Shown here one piece after another: positions 44,874 through 55,492 of a stretch of DNA of 64,000 bases. The notes beneath the pieces were generated by a model. The model did no database searches, was not told the origin of the DNA, and saw only the letters and a list, made by a program, of their open reading frames with translations. A program made the position numbers and the translations under genes. This stretch comes from Verrucomicrobiota bacterium (GTDB lineage: Bacteria > Verrucomicrobiota > Verrucomicrobiia > Limisphaerales > SIBE01): positions 8,247 to 72,246 of the forward strand of contig JAIPJX010000002.1 of NCBI GenBank assembly GCA_021733945.1, written 5' to 3'. Numbering within the stretch: the stretch's first letter is position 1; every line of letters begins with the position of its first letter.

Positions 44874-46337
44874 CTAAAACAACCGCTGCTGCTGCTCTTC
44901 CTTCACCAGTGCGTCACCCAGGCTCTCGACCCGCGAACGGCGACGTTCCATGATGTTCTTGGCGATCTGCGGGTCGTAGGGCACCGGGTAATCCCCGTTG
45001 AAACAGGCCATGCAGAATCCGTCGTGCGGCAGTCCGGTGGCCTTGACCATGCCCTCGGGTGACAGGTAGCCCAGCGAATCGGCGTTGAGATAATCCCGAA
45101 TCTCCGTGAGCGAATAATTGGCCGCCATCAGCTTGGTCCGGTCCGGAAAATCAATCCCGTAAACACAAGGGTTCATGTGCGGCGGGCAACTGACCAGGAC
45201 ATGCACCTCCCTGGCCCCGGCCTCTTTCAGGTTATTCACCCGCGCCTTGGAGGTGGTGCCGCGCACAATCGAATCATCGACGATGATGACCCGCTTGCCT
45301 TTCACCAGGTCGGCAATCAGGTTCAACTTCACCCGAACGTTGAAATCCCGAATCAATTCGGTCGGCTGCAGAAAGCTCCGGCCCACGTAATGATTCCTCA
45401 CAAAGGCCATCTCGAACGGAATGCCAGTCTCCAGGCTGACGCCCAGAGCCGCCGAGTTTCCGCTGTCGGGCACCGGAATCACCAGATCGGCCTCGATCGG
45501 ATTCTCCCGTGCCAGTTGACGGCCCATCTCCACCCGGACCTTGTACACATTCCGGTCGGCAATCGTGCTGTCCGGTCTGGCAAAATAGATGTACTCGAAG
45601 ATGCAGAAAGCCCGGCGTTTCTGCTCGGGAAAAGCTTGGATGCTCCGCAGGCCTTTCTTGTCGATGATGACAATCTCGCCCGGTTCGACATCCCTCACGA
45701 ACTTGGCGTGGATCAGGTCAAAAGCACAGGTTTCGCTCGCCAGGACCCAGGAGTCGCCCACCTTTCCAATGGAAAGTGGACGAAAACCGAACGGATCCCG
45801 CACGCCAATCAGCTCGTGCTCGGTCATGATCACCAGGGAATACGCTCCCTCAATCCGACGCACGGTGTCGATCAGGTTGTTTTCGTGTCCCGACAGGGAC
45901 GGCTGCGCCATCATGTGAAGAATGATCTCGCTGTCGACCGTGGTCTGGAAAATGGAGCCGTTCGATTCGAGTTCTTCCCGCAGAAATGCCGCGTTGGTCA
46001 GGTTGCCATTGTGTGCGATGGCGATCTGGCCCCGTTTGCAGTCGACCGTCAACGGTTGGGCATTGCGGTAATGGGATGCCCCGGTGGTTGAGTATCGAGT
46101 GTGTCCGACCGCCATCGTGCCCGTGAGCTTGGACAGCACCTCGGCATCGAACACGCGGGACACCAGACCCATGCCGCGATGGGCGCGGAACTGCTGGTCT
46201 TCACTCACAACAATGCCGGCACTCTCCTGCCCGCGATGTTGAAGTGCGTAAAGGCCGTAATACGTCAGCTCGGCCGCGTTGGGATGCCCGTAAATGCCGA
46301 ACACGCCACAATAATGTTTTGGATAGTCTTGACTCAT
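44874..46337 (-). CDS. purF: Amidophosphoribosyltransferase
   Basis: Ntn-type N-terminus ...[10 protein letters not shown] and PRPP loop [16 protein letters not shown] 46337 overlaps the purL stop (ATGA). The longer track ORF to 46652 is an unsupported extension. Confidence 0.95.
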   Translation of the reverse strand: MSQDYPKHYCGVFGIYGHPNAAELTYYGLYALQHRGQESAGIVVSEDQQFRAHRGMGLVSRVFDAEVLSKLTGTMAVGHTRYSTTGASHYRNAQPLTVDCKRGQIAIAHNGNLTNAAFLREELESNGSIFQTTVDSEIILHMMAQPSLSGHENNLIDTVRRIEGAYSLVIMTEHELIGVRDPFGFRPLSIGKVGDSWVLASETCAFDLIHAKFVRDVEPGEIVIIDKKGLRSIQAFPEQKRRAFCIFEYIYFARPDSTIADRNVYKVRVEMGRQLARENPIEADLVIPVPDSGNSAALGVSLETGIPFEMAFVRNHYVGRSFLQPTELIRDFNVRVKLNLIADLVKGKRVIIVDDSIVRGTTSKARVNNLKEAGAREVHVLVSCPPHMNPCVYGIDFPDRTKLMAANYSLTEIRDYLNADSLGYLSPEGMVKATGLPHDGFCMACFNGDYPVPYDPQIAKNIMERRRSRVESLGDALVKEEQQQRLF

Positions 46338-48682
46338 ATGCGCATCGCCTCTGCGATCGCATTCCACCAGAGGCGATGCAATTCCCGCAGGTCCCAACTC
46401 CACTCTCCGGTTCCGGTTCTGATATTCAACGCCGTTCCGCCAGTGATCCCTAGGTTCAGGGCGGCTACGCCCAGAATTCGGGCTCGTTCGATGACCTTCA
46501 CCGCGTTCAACGCCGAAACCGACACCAACACCCGTCCCTGGCTTTCGCCAAAGAGCAGGGCGTCCAGCCGGAGATCCGACACCGAAGATAGATCGACAGA
46601 CGCTCCGGTCAACTGAAACGTGTCGCGCGCTTTTTGATGTGAGAAACAGCACTCCGCGAGCGCCACCGCCAGGCCCCCATCACTGCAATCGTGCGCGCTC
46701 TTGATCTCCCCCGAATAAATCAGGGCGAGCAGGGCCTCGTGCAGCTGCTTCTCCTTCTCCAGATCGCAGCGCGGCGGCGTGCCGGATTTTGTGCCATGCG
46801 CCACTTTCAGAAACGCCGAGCCTCCCAGCCCCAGCATCGGATCCGATCCGTCCACGGGTGCTCCCAGGAGCAGGATCGCATCGCCATCCTCCTTGAACCA
46901 TTGGGTGGTGATGTGTTCCTCCCGTTCGATCTGGCCAACCATCGCAATGGTTGGGGTGGGATCAATGGCCCCGTTCGGGTTTTGGTTGTACAGGCTCACG
47001 TTACCTCCGGTCACCGGCGCCCGGAAGACCCGGCAGGCTTCGGACAGGCCTCGAACCGATTCGGCCAGTTGATGAAAGATTTCCGGATTATGCGGGTTGC
47101 CAAAGTTCAGGTTGTCCGTGGTGCCCAGGGGCACCGCACCGGAGCAGGCCAGGTTCCTCGCCGCTTCGGCCACCGCAATCTTGCTCCCTTCGTAGGGGTC
47201 CAGATACACATAGGTGGCATTGCAATCCACACTCACCGCGATCAGTTTGTCCTGCGCCAACGCCTGCGGGGGCTGCCCGGGAACGGGAGGCACCGAGTCG
47301 TGCTTGATCCGGATCACGGCCGCATCGCTGCCCGGGCAGACAACGGAACCGTTTCGCACCATGTGGTCGTATTGGCGGAACACCCAGTTCTTGGAGGCAA
47401 TGCTCGGCCAGGCCAACAGCCGGGACAGCGCTTCCCGGGGATCGGTCAGATCCGGAACCGTCGCCAGGGAGAAGGCTCGGACACCCGCCAGATACGCCGG
47501 TTCCCGCGCTTCGCGGTGATACACCGGGGCATCATCCGCAAGCTGCCGCGCGGGTAAATCCACAACGACCGTACCCCCGTGTTTGACCACCATGCGACCA
47601 CTGTCGGTCACCGTCCCGATCTCGGACCAGGGAAGATCCCATTTGTCGAAAATTCGTTTGACCTCCTCTTCGCGCCCCTTGTGCACGATCACCAACATCC
47701 GCTCCTGCGATTCGCTGAGCATGATTTCATACGGGGTCATGCCCGGCCCGCGCTGCGGCACCTTGTCTAATTCGATCTCAATGCCCGTGTCTGCCCGGGC
47801 CGCGGTCTCACAGGTGGAGCAGGTCAATCCTGCCGCGCCCATGTCCTGCATGCCCGCCACCGCACCCGTGGCCAGCAGCTCCAGGCAGGCTTCACAGACC
47901 AGTTTCTCCATGAAGGGATCGCCCACCTGCACCGCTCCGCGCTGTTGCTGTGCCGATTCATCGGTCAAATCCTGGGACGCAAACGCCGCGCCTGCCAGAC
48001 CATCCCGCCCCGTCGCCGGGCCAACATAGAACACCGGGTTGCCGACTCCCGTCGCGGAACCGCGCGCAATCTGGTCGTGCCGCAGCACTCCGAGGCAGAA
48101 GGCGTTCACCAGCGGATTGCCTTCGTAGCAGGGATCGAAATAAACCTCGCCCCCAATGGTGGGGATGCCGAAACAGTTGCCGTAGTGGGCGATGCCACCA
48201 ACGACACCCGACAACAAACGGCGGTTGTTCGCGATCTCCGCGGTGACCCCGGACGATTTCGAGGGGGCCTGGGTGATCGGACCGAACCGGAGGGAGTTGA
48301 CCGCGCACACCGGGCGCGCGCCCATGGTGAAAATATCGCGGATGATGCCGCCCACACCCGTTGCCGCCCCCTGAAACGGTTCGACCGCACTGGGGTGGTT
48401 GTGCGATTCGATTTTGAAAGCGATCGCCAGCCCGTCTCCAATATCGATGATGCCCGCGTTCTCTTCGCCCGCGCCGACCAGGATTTTGGGCGATTTCGTG
48501 GGAAACGTCTTGAGCAGCGGACGGGTGTTCTTGTACGAACAATGTTCGCTCCACATCACCGAGAAAACGCCGAGCTCCGTGTAGTTGGGTTCCCTGCCCA
48601 GAATTCCAAGGATCTTCTCATACTCCTCGGGAGTGAGATTATGTTTCTGGACCAATTCGGGGGTGATGCGCGGTTCTGTCAT
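46334..48682 (-). CDS. purL: Phosphoribosylformylglycinamidine synthase subunit PurL
   Basis: 782 aa. Typical small-PurL sequence ([23 protein letters not shown]). Confidence 0.95.
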   Translation of the reverse strand: MTEPRITPELVQKHNLTPEEYEKILGILGREPNYTELGVFSVMWSEHCSYKNTRPLLKTFPTKSPKILVGAGEENAGIIDIGDGLAIAFKIESHNHPSAVEPFQGAATGVGGIIRDIFTMGARPVCAVNSLRFGPITQAPSKSSGVTAEIANNRRLLSGVVGGIAHYGNCFGIPTIGGEVYFDPCYEGNPLVNAFCLGVLRHDQIARGSATGVGNPVFYVGPATGRDGLAGAAFASQDLTDESAQQQRGAVQVGDPFMEKLVCEACLELLATGAVAGMQDMGAAGLTCSTCETAARADTGIEIELDKVPQRGPGMTPYEIMLSESQERMLVIVHKGREEEVKRIFDKWDLPWSEIGTVTDSGRMVVKHGGTVVVDLPARQLADDAPVYHREAREPAYLAGVRAFSLATVPDLTDPREALSRLLAWPSIASKNWVFRQYDHMVRNGSVVCPGSDAAVIRIKHDSVPPVPGQPPQALAQDKLIAVSVDCNATYVYLDPYEGSKIAVAEAARNLACSGAVPLGTTDNLNFGNPHNPEIFHQLAESVRGLSEACRVFRAPVTGGNVSLYNQNPNGAIDPTPTIAMVGQIEREEHITTQWFKEDGDAILLLGAPVDGSDPMLGLGGSAFLKVAHGTKSGTPPRCDLEKEKQLHEALLALIYSGEIKSAHDCSDGGLAVALAECCFSHQKARDTFQLTGASVDLSSVSDLRLDALLFGESQGRVLVSVSALNAVKVIERARILGVAALNLGITGGTALNIRTGTGEWSWDLRELHRLWWNAIAEAMRI

Positions 48683-48794
48683 CGAATGTGAGCGCTGGTT
48701 GTTGAGGTTTTAAAAGCGTAGGAGCGAGGCATGGGCGTTTCCGTGTCCGGGAAGAGAACTTAATCGTTAACGTAGTCGCGCATCGTCACCGCGT

Positions 48795-49511
48795 TTATGG
48801 GGTGGCGCACGCCGGTTTCCGCCGCTGCAGCCAGTCGATCATGCTCTCAAAAAGGAGCCGACCATCTTCGCTTCCCAGAATCGCTTCACTGGCTCTCTCT
48901 GGATGCGGCATCAAACCCGCCACATTGCGGCTTTCGTTGCAGACCCCGGCAATATTTCCAACCGATCCATTCGGGCTGGCCATCCCGGACACTTCGCCCT
49001 GTTCGGTGCTGTACCGCCAGAGGATTTGTTGCTTTTCCTCCATGCGCGCGATCGTGGGGGCATCCGCATAGTAACAGCCGTCCCCGTGAGCGACGGGAAT
49101 CTTCAAGGTCTTGTCTGCGGGAACCTTGCAGGTGAACGGTGAGTCCCGGCTGATTGTTTTCAGGAAAACCTGTTCACAGCGAAATTGCAGCGACCGATTG
49201 CGGATCAGCGCGCCCGGCAGAAGCCCGGCTTCGCATAGGATCTGGAACCCGTTGCAAATGCCCAGTACCAGACCTCCGGCTTCCGCATATCCCCGAAGCG
49301 CCTGCATCACCGGACTGAATTGCGCAATCGCACCCGTCCGCAGGTAATCCCCGTAGCTGAATCCGCCCGGCACAATCACCGCGTCCGGTTCTCCCAGAGA
49401 CGATTCCTTGTGCCAGATCATTTGCGCGGAATGCCCAAGGACATGCCGGACCACATGGACGGCGTCCTGATCGCAATTGGACGCCGGAAATTGTAGGATT
49501 GCGAAATTCAT
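48795..49511 (-). CDS. purQ: Phosphoribosylformylglycinamidine synthase glutaminase subunit PurQ
   Basis: Class I glutamine amidotransferase with nucleophile context GICNGFQIL and a PHPER terminal motif. Confidence 0.95.
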   Translation of the reverse strand: MNFAILQFPASNCDQDAVHVVRHVLGHSAQMIWHKESSLGEPDAVIVPGGFSYGDYLRTGAIAQFSPVMQALRGYAEAGGLVLGICNGFQILCEAGLLPGALIRNRSLQFRCEQVFLKTISRDSPFTCKVPADKTLKIPVAHGDGCYYADAPTIARMEEKQQILWRYSTEQGEVSGMASPNGSVGNIAGVCNESRNVAGLMPHPERASEAILGSEDGRLLFESMIDWLQRRKPACATP

Positions 49512-49578
49512 GCTGTCTCAAGAATCATCGGTCCGGGTCAAACCAACCCTGCGTGACAGGCGGGCCGCCCGTGCACGA

Positions 49579-49821
49579 TCACGATTCGATCTCCAGTTGG
49601 TAATCTTCAATGACCGGGTTGCTCAGAAACCGGTGGCATGCCTCGTCCAGTTGCTTGCGTGCCGCTTCCTTGTCTCCATCCGCCAGCTCAATCTCGAGGT
49701 ATTTTCCCACATGCACCGCCTGAATGCCCAGGTGGCCCATCTGTTCCAGGGCGTTCTGGACGGTTTTCCCCTGTGGATCAAGAACGGCTTTCTTCGGAGT
49801 GACGATTATTTTAGCTTTCAT
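49579..49821 (-). CDS. purS: Phosphoribosylformylglycinamidine synthase subunit PurS
   Basis: 80 aa. VTPKKAVLDPQGKTVQNALEQMG is typical of PurS. Confidence 0.9.
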   Translation of the reverse strand: MKAKIIVTPKKAVLDPQGKTVQNALEQMGHLGIQAVHVGKYLEIELADGDKEAARKQLDEACHRFLSNPVIEDYQLEIES

Positions 49822-50603
49822 GGGTCAACGGAGCTGATTCGCTCCCGGGATGTTTGCGGGTTTGTCCCCTCGGACGCCAGACTATTCTGGAGCTTTCCCG
49901 GTCCCGCCTTCTGGATGAGCAACGCGCAGTTCCAGCTGAGGAACTCGCGAAACACCGGAATCTTGAGCAAAAACCCGAACTCGGGATAATATCTGGGCGC
50001 GGCCCGAACGATTCGTAACCCTGGCTGCCGCCGAAGGAAGGCCAGAGTTCGGCCGATGTAGGTGGGAAACAGGTTCACATGGGGGGTGTGTAATCTGGGT
50101 CGTCTGAATAGGCGGTCGTAGACCCGGGGGCCGCGTCGGCTTCCCAGATAATGGAATGGAGAAAACTCATGGCCCCCCCAGGGAGAAAGCCAGTTCGTCC
50201 AGCTCAAATAAAGCATCCCGCCCGGCTTGAGCAGGTTCCCCGCCGCCCCAAGAAACTCGAACGGCCTGGCCAGATGCTCCAACACGTTCGAACAGACCAC
50301 CAGGTCATAGTCGCCCAGTCCCGTCACATCATCCTTATCCAGATTGACTTGCAAAAACGGAAAATTGGCCATCTCCGGCATCAGGTGGTTCGATTCATCC
50401 GCAAAAACCACCGAACAGCCGTATTTCTGCAGTTCAGACCCGAATATGCCGTGTCCGGCCCCCAGATCCAGCACCTGCGTGCCTTCCTGCAGTGCCACAC
50501 CGCCCCTGCGGATCCACCGCAGGGCGTCTCTCGCCTGCATCGTGTAAAACTCCGGGTCGTCCCGATTGAACAGATGGTGAGCTATCAGCTTGTGAATGAT
50601 CAT
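49818..50603 (-). CDS. Class I SAM-dependent methyltransferase
   Basis: Motif I VLDLGAGHGIFG, an acidic residue at the end of beta-2 (VVFADES), and motif CSNVLEHL. The stop overlaps the purS start (ATGA). Confidence 0.8.
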   Translation of the reverse strand: MIIHKLIAHHLFNRDDPEFYTMQARDALRWIRRGGVALQEGTQVLDLGAGHGIFGSELQKYGCSVVFADESNHLMPEMANFPFLQVNLDKDDVTGLGDYDLVVCSNVLEHLARPFEFLGAAGNLLKPGGMLYLSWTNWLSPWGGHEFSPFHYLGSRRGPRVYDRLFRRPRLHTPHVNLFPTYIGRTLAFLRRQPGLRIVRAAPRYYPEFGFLLKIPVFREFLSWNCALLIQKAGPGKLQNSLASEGTNPQTSRERISSVDP

Positions 50604-50761
50604 GAACCCTCAGGGCGCGATCCGCTTTGCAGCCATCCGCCATTCCTAAAGCCCGGCGCGTGGTCTCGTCAACCGTTTCTTCCGGACCCGGCTCGCAGCA
50701 AAAGGGCTCGCCCTGCGTGCGCAGTGTAGGCAAGACTCACTCCCGGCGACAGCCTCGAATC

Positions 50762-51871
50762 ATGCGGTTTCTGATGCTTAATTGGCGAGATCCGAAAAAC
50801 CCCCGCGCAGGGGGGGCCGAACGGGTGTCGCTCGGTTACCTGGCCGCCCTGGTGGAACGGGGCCATCACGCCAGCTGGTTTACCCATGAATTTCCGGGTG
50901 CTCTCAGGGAAGAGCACATCCAGGGGGTGCAGATCATCCGTGGCGGCGGGGTTGGTTCGTCCATCCTCCACGCTCGCCGTTGGGCCGCCCGGCAAGCCCC
51001 CTTTGATCTGGTGATCGATCAACACCACGGCATCCCCTGGTTCGCGCCCTGGTGGTGCGGCACCCATTGCGTTGCCTTCATCCACGAAGTGTTGGGCCCC
51101 ATTTGGAACGTGTTTTACAAATGGCCGTGGAACGTCATCGGGCGTTCCCAGGAGCGCTGGACCCACTGGCTCTACCGGCGGGTACCCTTTTGGACCGCCT
51201 GCGAGTCCACGCGCACCACCCTGCACGCCCACGGAGTCCGCAATGTGACGGTCCTTCCCTACGGCGTGCATACCCGTGCTCTGCCGGAACTGGACTCCAA
51301 ATCGCTGCAACCTCCCCTGCGCCTGATCTCCGTCTCCCGACTCGCCCCCAACAAACGGGTCCACCACGCCATCCGCGCCCTGAACGCCCTCCTCGCCAGC
51401 GGCACCGCGGCCACTCTGAAAATCGTTGGAACCGGTGAGATCGAACCGCAACTGCGCCAGCTCACCCGGGAACTCGGTCTGGAGAAACAGATCACCTTTA
51501 CGGGCCCGCTGGATGAAGCGGAAAAGGACGCGGCTCTTCGGGAATCGCACTTTCTCCTGCACACCTCCCAGCGCGAGGGGTGGGGGCTGAACGTCATCGA
51601 AGCCAACGCAATGGGCACGCCCTCCGTGGTTTATCCGGTCGCCGGACTGATCGAATCCACGCTGCATCGTCAGACAGGACTGGTGTCTGAGCTCGAATCC
51701 CCTGAATCCCTCGCTGCCAGTATTGGTGAAGCCGTTCGTTCCCCGGAGCTTTACCAAACCTGGCGGCGCAACGCGTGGGCCCGGGCGAAAACGTTTCACT
51801 GGGACATTGTCCTGCCGAAAGCCTGCGATTGGCTGGAAGCCCGGGCCCGGGGGGATGCCTTCACCCCATGA
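50762..51871 (+). CDS. Glycosyltransferase family 4 (GT-B, GT1/GT4 type)
   Basis: C-terminal E-x7-E region SQREGWGLNVIEANAMGTPSVV. The start is taken at ATG 50762 (MRFLMLNW). Confidence 0.85.
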   Translation: MRFLMLNWRDPKNPRAGGAERVSLGYLAALVERGHHASWFTHEFPGALREEHIQGVQIIRGGGVGSSILHARRWAARQAPFDLVIDQHHGIPWFAPWWCGTHCVAFIHEVLGPIWNVFYKWPWNVIGRSQERWTHWLYRRVPFWTACESTRTTLHAHGVRNVTVLPYGVHTRALPELDSKSLQPPLRLISVSRLAPNKRVHHAIRALNALLASGTAATLKIVGTGEIEPQLRQLTRELGLEKQITFTGPLDEAEKDAALRESHFLLHTSQREGWGLNVIEANAMGTPSVVYPVAGLIESTLHRQTGLVSELESPESLAASIGEAVRSPELYQTWRRNAWARAKTFHWDIVLPKACDWLEARARGDAFTP

Positions 51872-52932
51872 CACACGGCCCGTCATCCCCATCCGAACCA
51901 CCCCGGGTGAGCGTCGTCATCCTCAATTACAACGGGGCTCCGTGGCTCGAGCGTTGCCTGGCATCCATCCGGGAACAATCGGTGTTCGACCGCATCGAGG
52001 TGATTCTTGCCGATAATTGTTCCACCGACGGATCGGATCGGCTCGCAGCGGACCTGATCCGGGATTGGCCCAATGCGCAGTTCATTCAGCACGGTCACAA
52101 TCTCGGCTACTGTGAGGGAAACAACCGTGCGGCTCTTCACGCCACAGGGCTTTTTCTCTTCTTCCTGAACAACGACACCTGGCTCGAACCGGACTGTCTG
52201 GAGGTTCTGCTCGCTGGGGTTGCTCAATCCGGTGCCGCGGCCGCGATGCCTCTGGTATTGAACTATCCCGACAACAGCTTTCAGTCCCTGGGTGCCGCCG
52301 GATTCGACCTGTTCGGGTTGGCCAGTCGCCACCCTCCATTTGACGGTGTCCGCGAGGTCCTGATGCCCGAAGGGTGCGCTTACCTGATCGACCGGCAGCT
52401 CTTCGAATCCATCGGAAGGTTCGACTCCACCTTCTTCATGTTTGCCGACGAACTGGATTTGTCCTGGAGGGTCTGGATCGCCGGGTACCGGGCCGTTGCG
52501 GTGCCCGCCTCCCGCCTTCATCATCGCGGAGCCGCGCAGGTCAATCCCAAGGGGGGTGCCCGGACCGCCGAATTTCGCACCAGCGACACCAAACGCTTTT
52601 ACGCCAATCGCAACGCCCTCCTGGTCCTCCTGAAGAACTGCCAGGGCCTGTTGCTCCTGCTCGTTCCTCTGCAAATCGCACTGCTGTTGGTCGAGGGATT
52701 GGTTGGTCTGGCCATCCTCCGTCGATGGTCCTTTATGAAGAACACCGTCCTGCGGGCAGTTCTGGATTGCTGGAATCTCAGGGGCCACATCACCAGGGAA
52801 CGTACGCTCATCCGGAAAATCCGTCGGCGGGGCGATCTTTGGATGCTGAGGTTCTTCAGGCTCCGATTGAACCGACTCGACGAATTGACCCGCGTGTTTC
52901 GGTTTGGACTGCCGCGCGTGTCCGAACGTTGA
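51868..52932 (+). CDS. Glycosyltransferase family 2
   Basis: VSVVILNYNGAPWLERCLASI...ADNCSTDGS and FLNNDTW. ATGA overlap with the GT4 gene. Confidence 0.85.
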   Translation: MTHGPSSPSEPPRVSVVILNYNGAPWLERCLASIREQSVFDRIEVILADNCSTDGSDRLAADLIRDWPNAQFIQHGHNLGYCEGNNRAALHATGLFLFFLNNDTWLEPDCLEVLLAGVAQSGAAAAMPLVLNYPDNSFQSLGAAGFDLFGLASRHPPFDGVREVLMPEGCAYLIDRQLFESIGRFDSTFFMFADELDLSWRVWIAGYRAVAVPASRLHHRGAAQVNPKGGARTAEFRTSDTKRFYANRNALLVLLKNCQGLLLLLVPLQIALLLVEGLVGLAILRRWSFMKNTVLRAVLDCWNLRGHITRERTLIRKIRRRGDLWMLRFFRLRLNRLDELTRVFRFGLPRVSER

Positions 52933-53032
52933 CCCGGCACCGGCGAACCGCTGCCGCAACTCGAACACAGGTGTTGCCGGAGCCGGTCGGTAAAGCTGGA
53001 GCCAAAGGTCATTTTCAGCTTAGGGTGAATGC

Positions 53033-53710
53033 ATGAAACGTTGGATCCAAGCGTTGGTCGCCTGCGGTGGTGCCCTGGTCACCCTCGCCCAGCCCGCCTC
53101 AAGCCCCCCCCAGACCGAGCCTTCGCAGCCTGCCGTGGTGTCGCTCGGGTCTGGGATCTACCAATTGGGCGAGGTGCGTTTGGATAAACCGTCCAGCACC
53201 CTCTCGTTCCCGGGTTTTGTCAACATGACCAACCTGGTCGTCGAATACGCCATCGTCGGGGCGGGTGGAAAACGCCACGAAAGCTTTCTGGCCACCAGGG
53301 TGGCACCTTATCAGATTCATCTTTCAGCCCTCCTGCTCGGGGCCACCAACCGTCTTTCCAACGCCGAGGCTGGGCAATCGCTTTCAGGTCATCCCATTAC
53401 CATCTGGGTCGCCTGGAAGACCGGGGAGATCGAAATGAAAGTGCCCCTGGAAACGCTTGTTCGGAGGGGCGTCGGCGGACCTGCCATGAGCCGCGGTGTC
53501 TGGCTCTACAACGGTTCTCAGGTGTTGCAGGGAACCTTCATGGCGCAGAAGGAAGAATCCATCGTTGCCATCATGGAGGACCCTGGTGCCCTGGTGAACA
53601 ACCCCCGCCCCGGGCGTGAAGACGATGAACTATGGTTTGTGCGCGACGACGCCGTGCCTCCGCTGGATACCCCCGTCCAGATTACATTCGACTTCTCTCA
53701 AAGCCGTTGA
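53033..53710 (+). CDS. Secreted hypothetical protein (tentatively YdjY-like)
   Basis: Signal peptide MKRWIQALVACGGALVTLA. The central segment VVEYAIVGAGGKRHESFLATRVAPYQIHLSALLLG resembles my recollection of the YdjY-domain pattern. The functional call is weak. Confidence 0.55.
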   Translation: MKRWIQALVACGGALVTLAQPASSPPQTEPSQPAVVSLGSGIYQLGEVRLDKPSSTLSFPGFVNMTNLVVEYAIVGAGGKRHESFLATRVAPYQIHLSALLLGATNRLSNAEAGQSLSGHPITIWVAWKTGEIEMKVPLETLVRRGVGGPAMSRGVWLYNGSQVLQGTFMAQKEESIVAIMEDPGALVNNPRPGREDDELWFVRDDAVPPLDTPVQITFDFSQSR

Positions 53711-53755
53711 TCAAGGTTTTTGAAAACGCGGTTGGCGGGATCACCCTTGGCGGGA

Positions 53756-55168
53756 TCAGATTCGCTTGGGACGCGGTCCCTTCGGCGTGTCTTCAATGAC
53801 CCAGCCGGCCGCTTTGAGTTCGTCCCGAATCGCGTCGGCTCTTTGGAAATCCCTGGCTTTTCGGGCTGCCTGCCGGGCTTCCAGGAGAGCGACGATCTCC
53901 GCGGGGGCCTCCGAATCCCGTTTCACTCCGATTCCCAGCACCGAATCGATCCCGGCCCACGCTGCCAGCCAGGCGGAAGCTTGTTCGGGCGACACGGCAT
54001 TTTCGCTCAATCGGCGATTCGCTTCGCGCACCCAGTCAAAGACGCACCCCCAGGCAGCCGAGATATTGAGATCATCATCCATCGCCTGACGAAAAGCATC
54101 CAGCAGATCCGGAGCCGGTGCCGTTTCGCCGCCTCTGAGTTCCTCCAGTTTCCCGAGGCATTCATCCAGACGGGCCAGCGCGGTGCGTGCTCCGTTCAGG
54201 CTCTCCAGCGTGAAATTCAGCGATGCCCGATAGTTGGCGGACAGCAATACATAACGAATCTCGCGTCCGTCAAATCCCTTCGCCTGGAGATCCCGCAGGG
54301 TGTAGAAGTTGCCGAGCGACTTGCTCATTTTCTTGCCTTCAACCAGCAGATGCGACGCGTGGACCCAGTACTTGACGAAAGGTTGGCCGGGTTCCTGCAG
54401 ACCCGCTCCCTCGCTTTGGGCGATCTCATCTTCGTGGTGAGGGAAGACCAGATCCTCGCCACCCAGGTGCATGTCGAAACTGGCACCCAGCAGCCGCATG
54501 CTCATGGCGCTGCATTCGATGTGCCATCCCGGGCGACCGGATCCCCAGGGACTGGGCCAGGTCACCGAGCCATCGTCCGGCACCTGTGCCTTCCAGAGCG
54601 CGAAATCCGCAAATGATTCCTTGTCGTATTCGTCGGCACTGACCCGTTCGCCCACGCGCATCTGGTCGAAATTGAGGTTGACCAACTGCCCGTACTGGTG
54701 ACCTGCCTTCCGATATTTCTCGATGCTGAAATAGACCGAGCCATCCGTCGCACGGTAGGCCAGGCCCCGGTCGACCAATTTCCCAATCAACTCCACGATC
54801 GGTTCGATGAACTCCGTTGCCCGGGGCGACTCGTCCGGAGGAAGACATTTTAACGCATTAAAATCCTCGAAAAACGCTTTTTCATAGCGGAGCGTGTGTT
54901 CCTGAGCCGTGATGCCCGAAGCACGGGCGGCACCGATGATCTTGTCCTCCACATCGGTAATGTTCATGACGTGGCGCACTTCGTAACCCCGGAACCCGAG
55001 GTATCTCCGAAGCAGGTCAGCGAACACAAAGGTTCGAAAATTACCGATGTGTGCGTAGTTGTGCACGGTGGGACCGCAGCAATAGATGCCGACCTTTTTG
55101 CCTGCGGGATCGCGCGGAATAAACTCCTCCACCGATCGTGTTCGTGTGTTGAATAATCTAAGGGCCAT
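53756..55168 (-). CDS. cysS: Cysteine--tRNA ligase
   Basis: HIGN (YAHIGNFRTF) and KMSKS (GKKMSKSLGN) class I motifs. Start at ATG 55168 (MALRLFNTRT). Confidence 0.95.
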   Translation of the reverse strand: MALRLFNTRTRSVEEFIPRDPAGKKVGIYCCGPTVHNYAHIGNFRTFVFADLLRRYLGFRGYEVRHVMNITDVEDKIIGAARASGITAQEHTLRYEKAFFEDFNALKCLPPDESPRATEFIEPIVELIGKLVDRGLAYRATDGSVYFSIEKYRKAGHQYGQLVNLNFDQMRVGERVSADEYDKESFADFALWKAQVPDDGSVTWPSPWGSGRPGWHIECSAMSMRLLGASFDMHLGGEDLVFPHHEDEIAQSEGAGLQEPGQPFVKYWVHASHLLVEGKKMSKSLGNFYTLRDLQAKGFDGREIRYVLLSANYRASLNFTLESLNGARTALARLDECLGKLEELRGGETAPAPDLLDAFRQAMDDDLNISAAWGCVFDWVREANRRLSENAVSPEQASAWLAAWAGIDSVLGIGVKRDSEAPAEIVALLEARQAARKARDFQRADAIRDELKAAGWVIEDTPKGPRPKRI

Positions 55169-55492
55169 CTTCGGCAATCGTTTCCACTGGTTTCCGCCCT
55201 GCCGGGGCGCTTTCAAAACCGCCTGCATCGATCAAAACCGAACGAAGCAAACCACGGGCCCGTTTATTCGAGCTCGTTCAAAATGCGTTGGTTGCCCCCG
55301 CCGGTTGCTCTTCTGTCTCCGGCGTGGACTCAAGCCAAGAACGCCGCAGCCTATCCTCACTCGATCGAAAGAAAAGTGAATTCCTCCCGGATCGGGTGTG
55401 CCGACCTGAACAACCGGGCTCCTCTTCGTTCCGGTATTCCGATCTGCCTGCGGACCTGACCTTGGAACAAGAGGGACGATGGTCACTCTCTT

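Noticed and set aside
50604-50761. Divergent promoter region upstream of the methyltransferase-pur operon, checked for a purine/ZTP-type riboswitch
   Set aside because: By eye I found no match to the conserved ZTP (pfl) or purine riboswitch cores. The glyA-fusion upstream region (40651-40705) is too short to hold one.
55169-55492. 324-nt gap between cysS and RAYT-like gene 2, examined for a small RNA, a leader, a tRNA, or a second copy of the repeat motif
   Set aside because: I saw no cloverleaf, no convincing stem-loop plus U-tract, and no GGGACAGGCT-type copy (the best match is the weak GCAGCCTATCC). The small ORFs here have no motifs, and the 3' flank of paralog 1 shows no similarity to this region.
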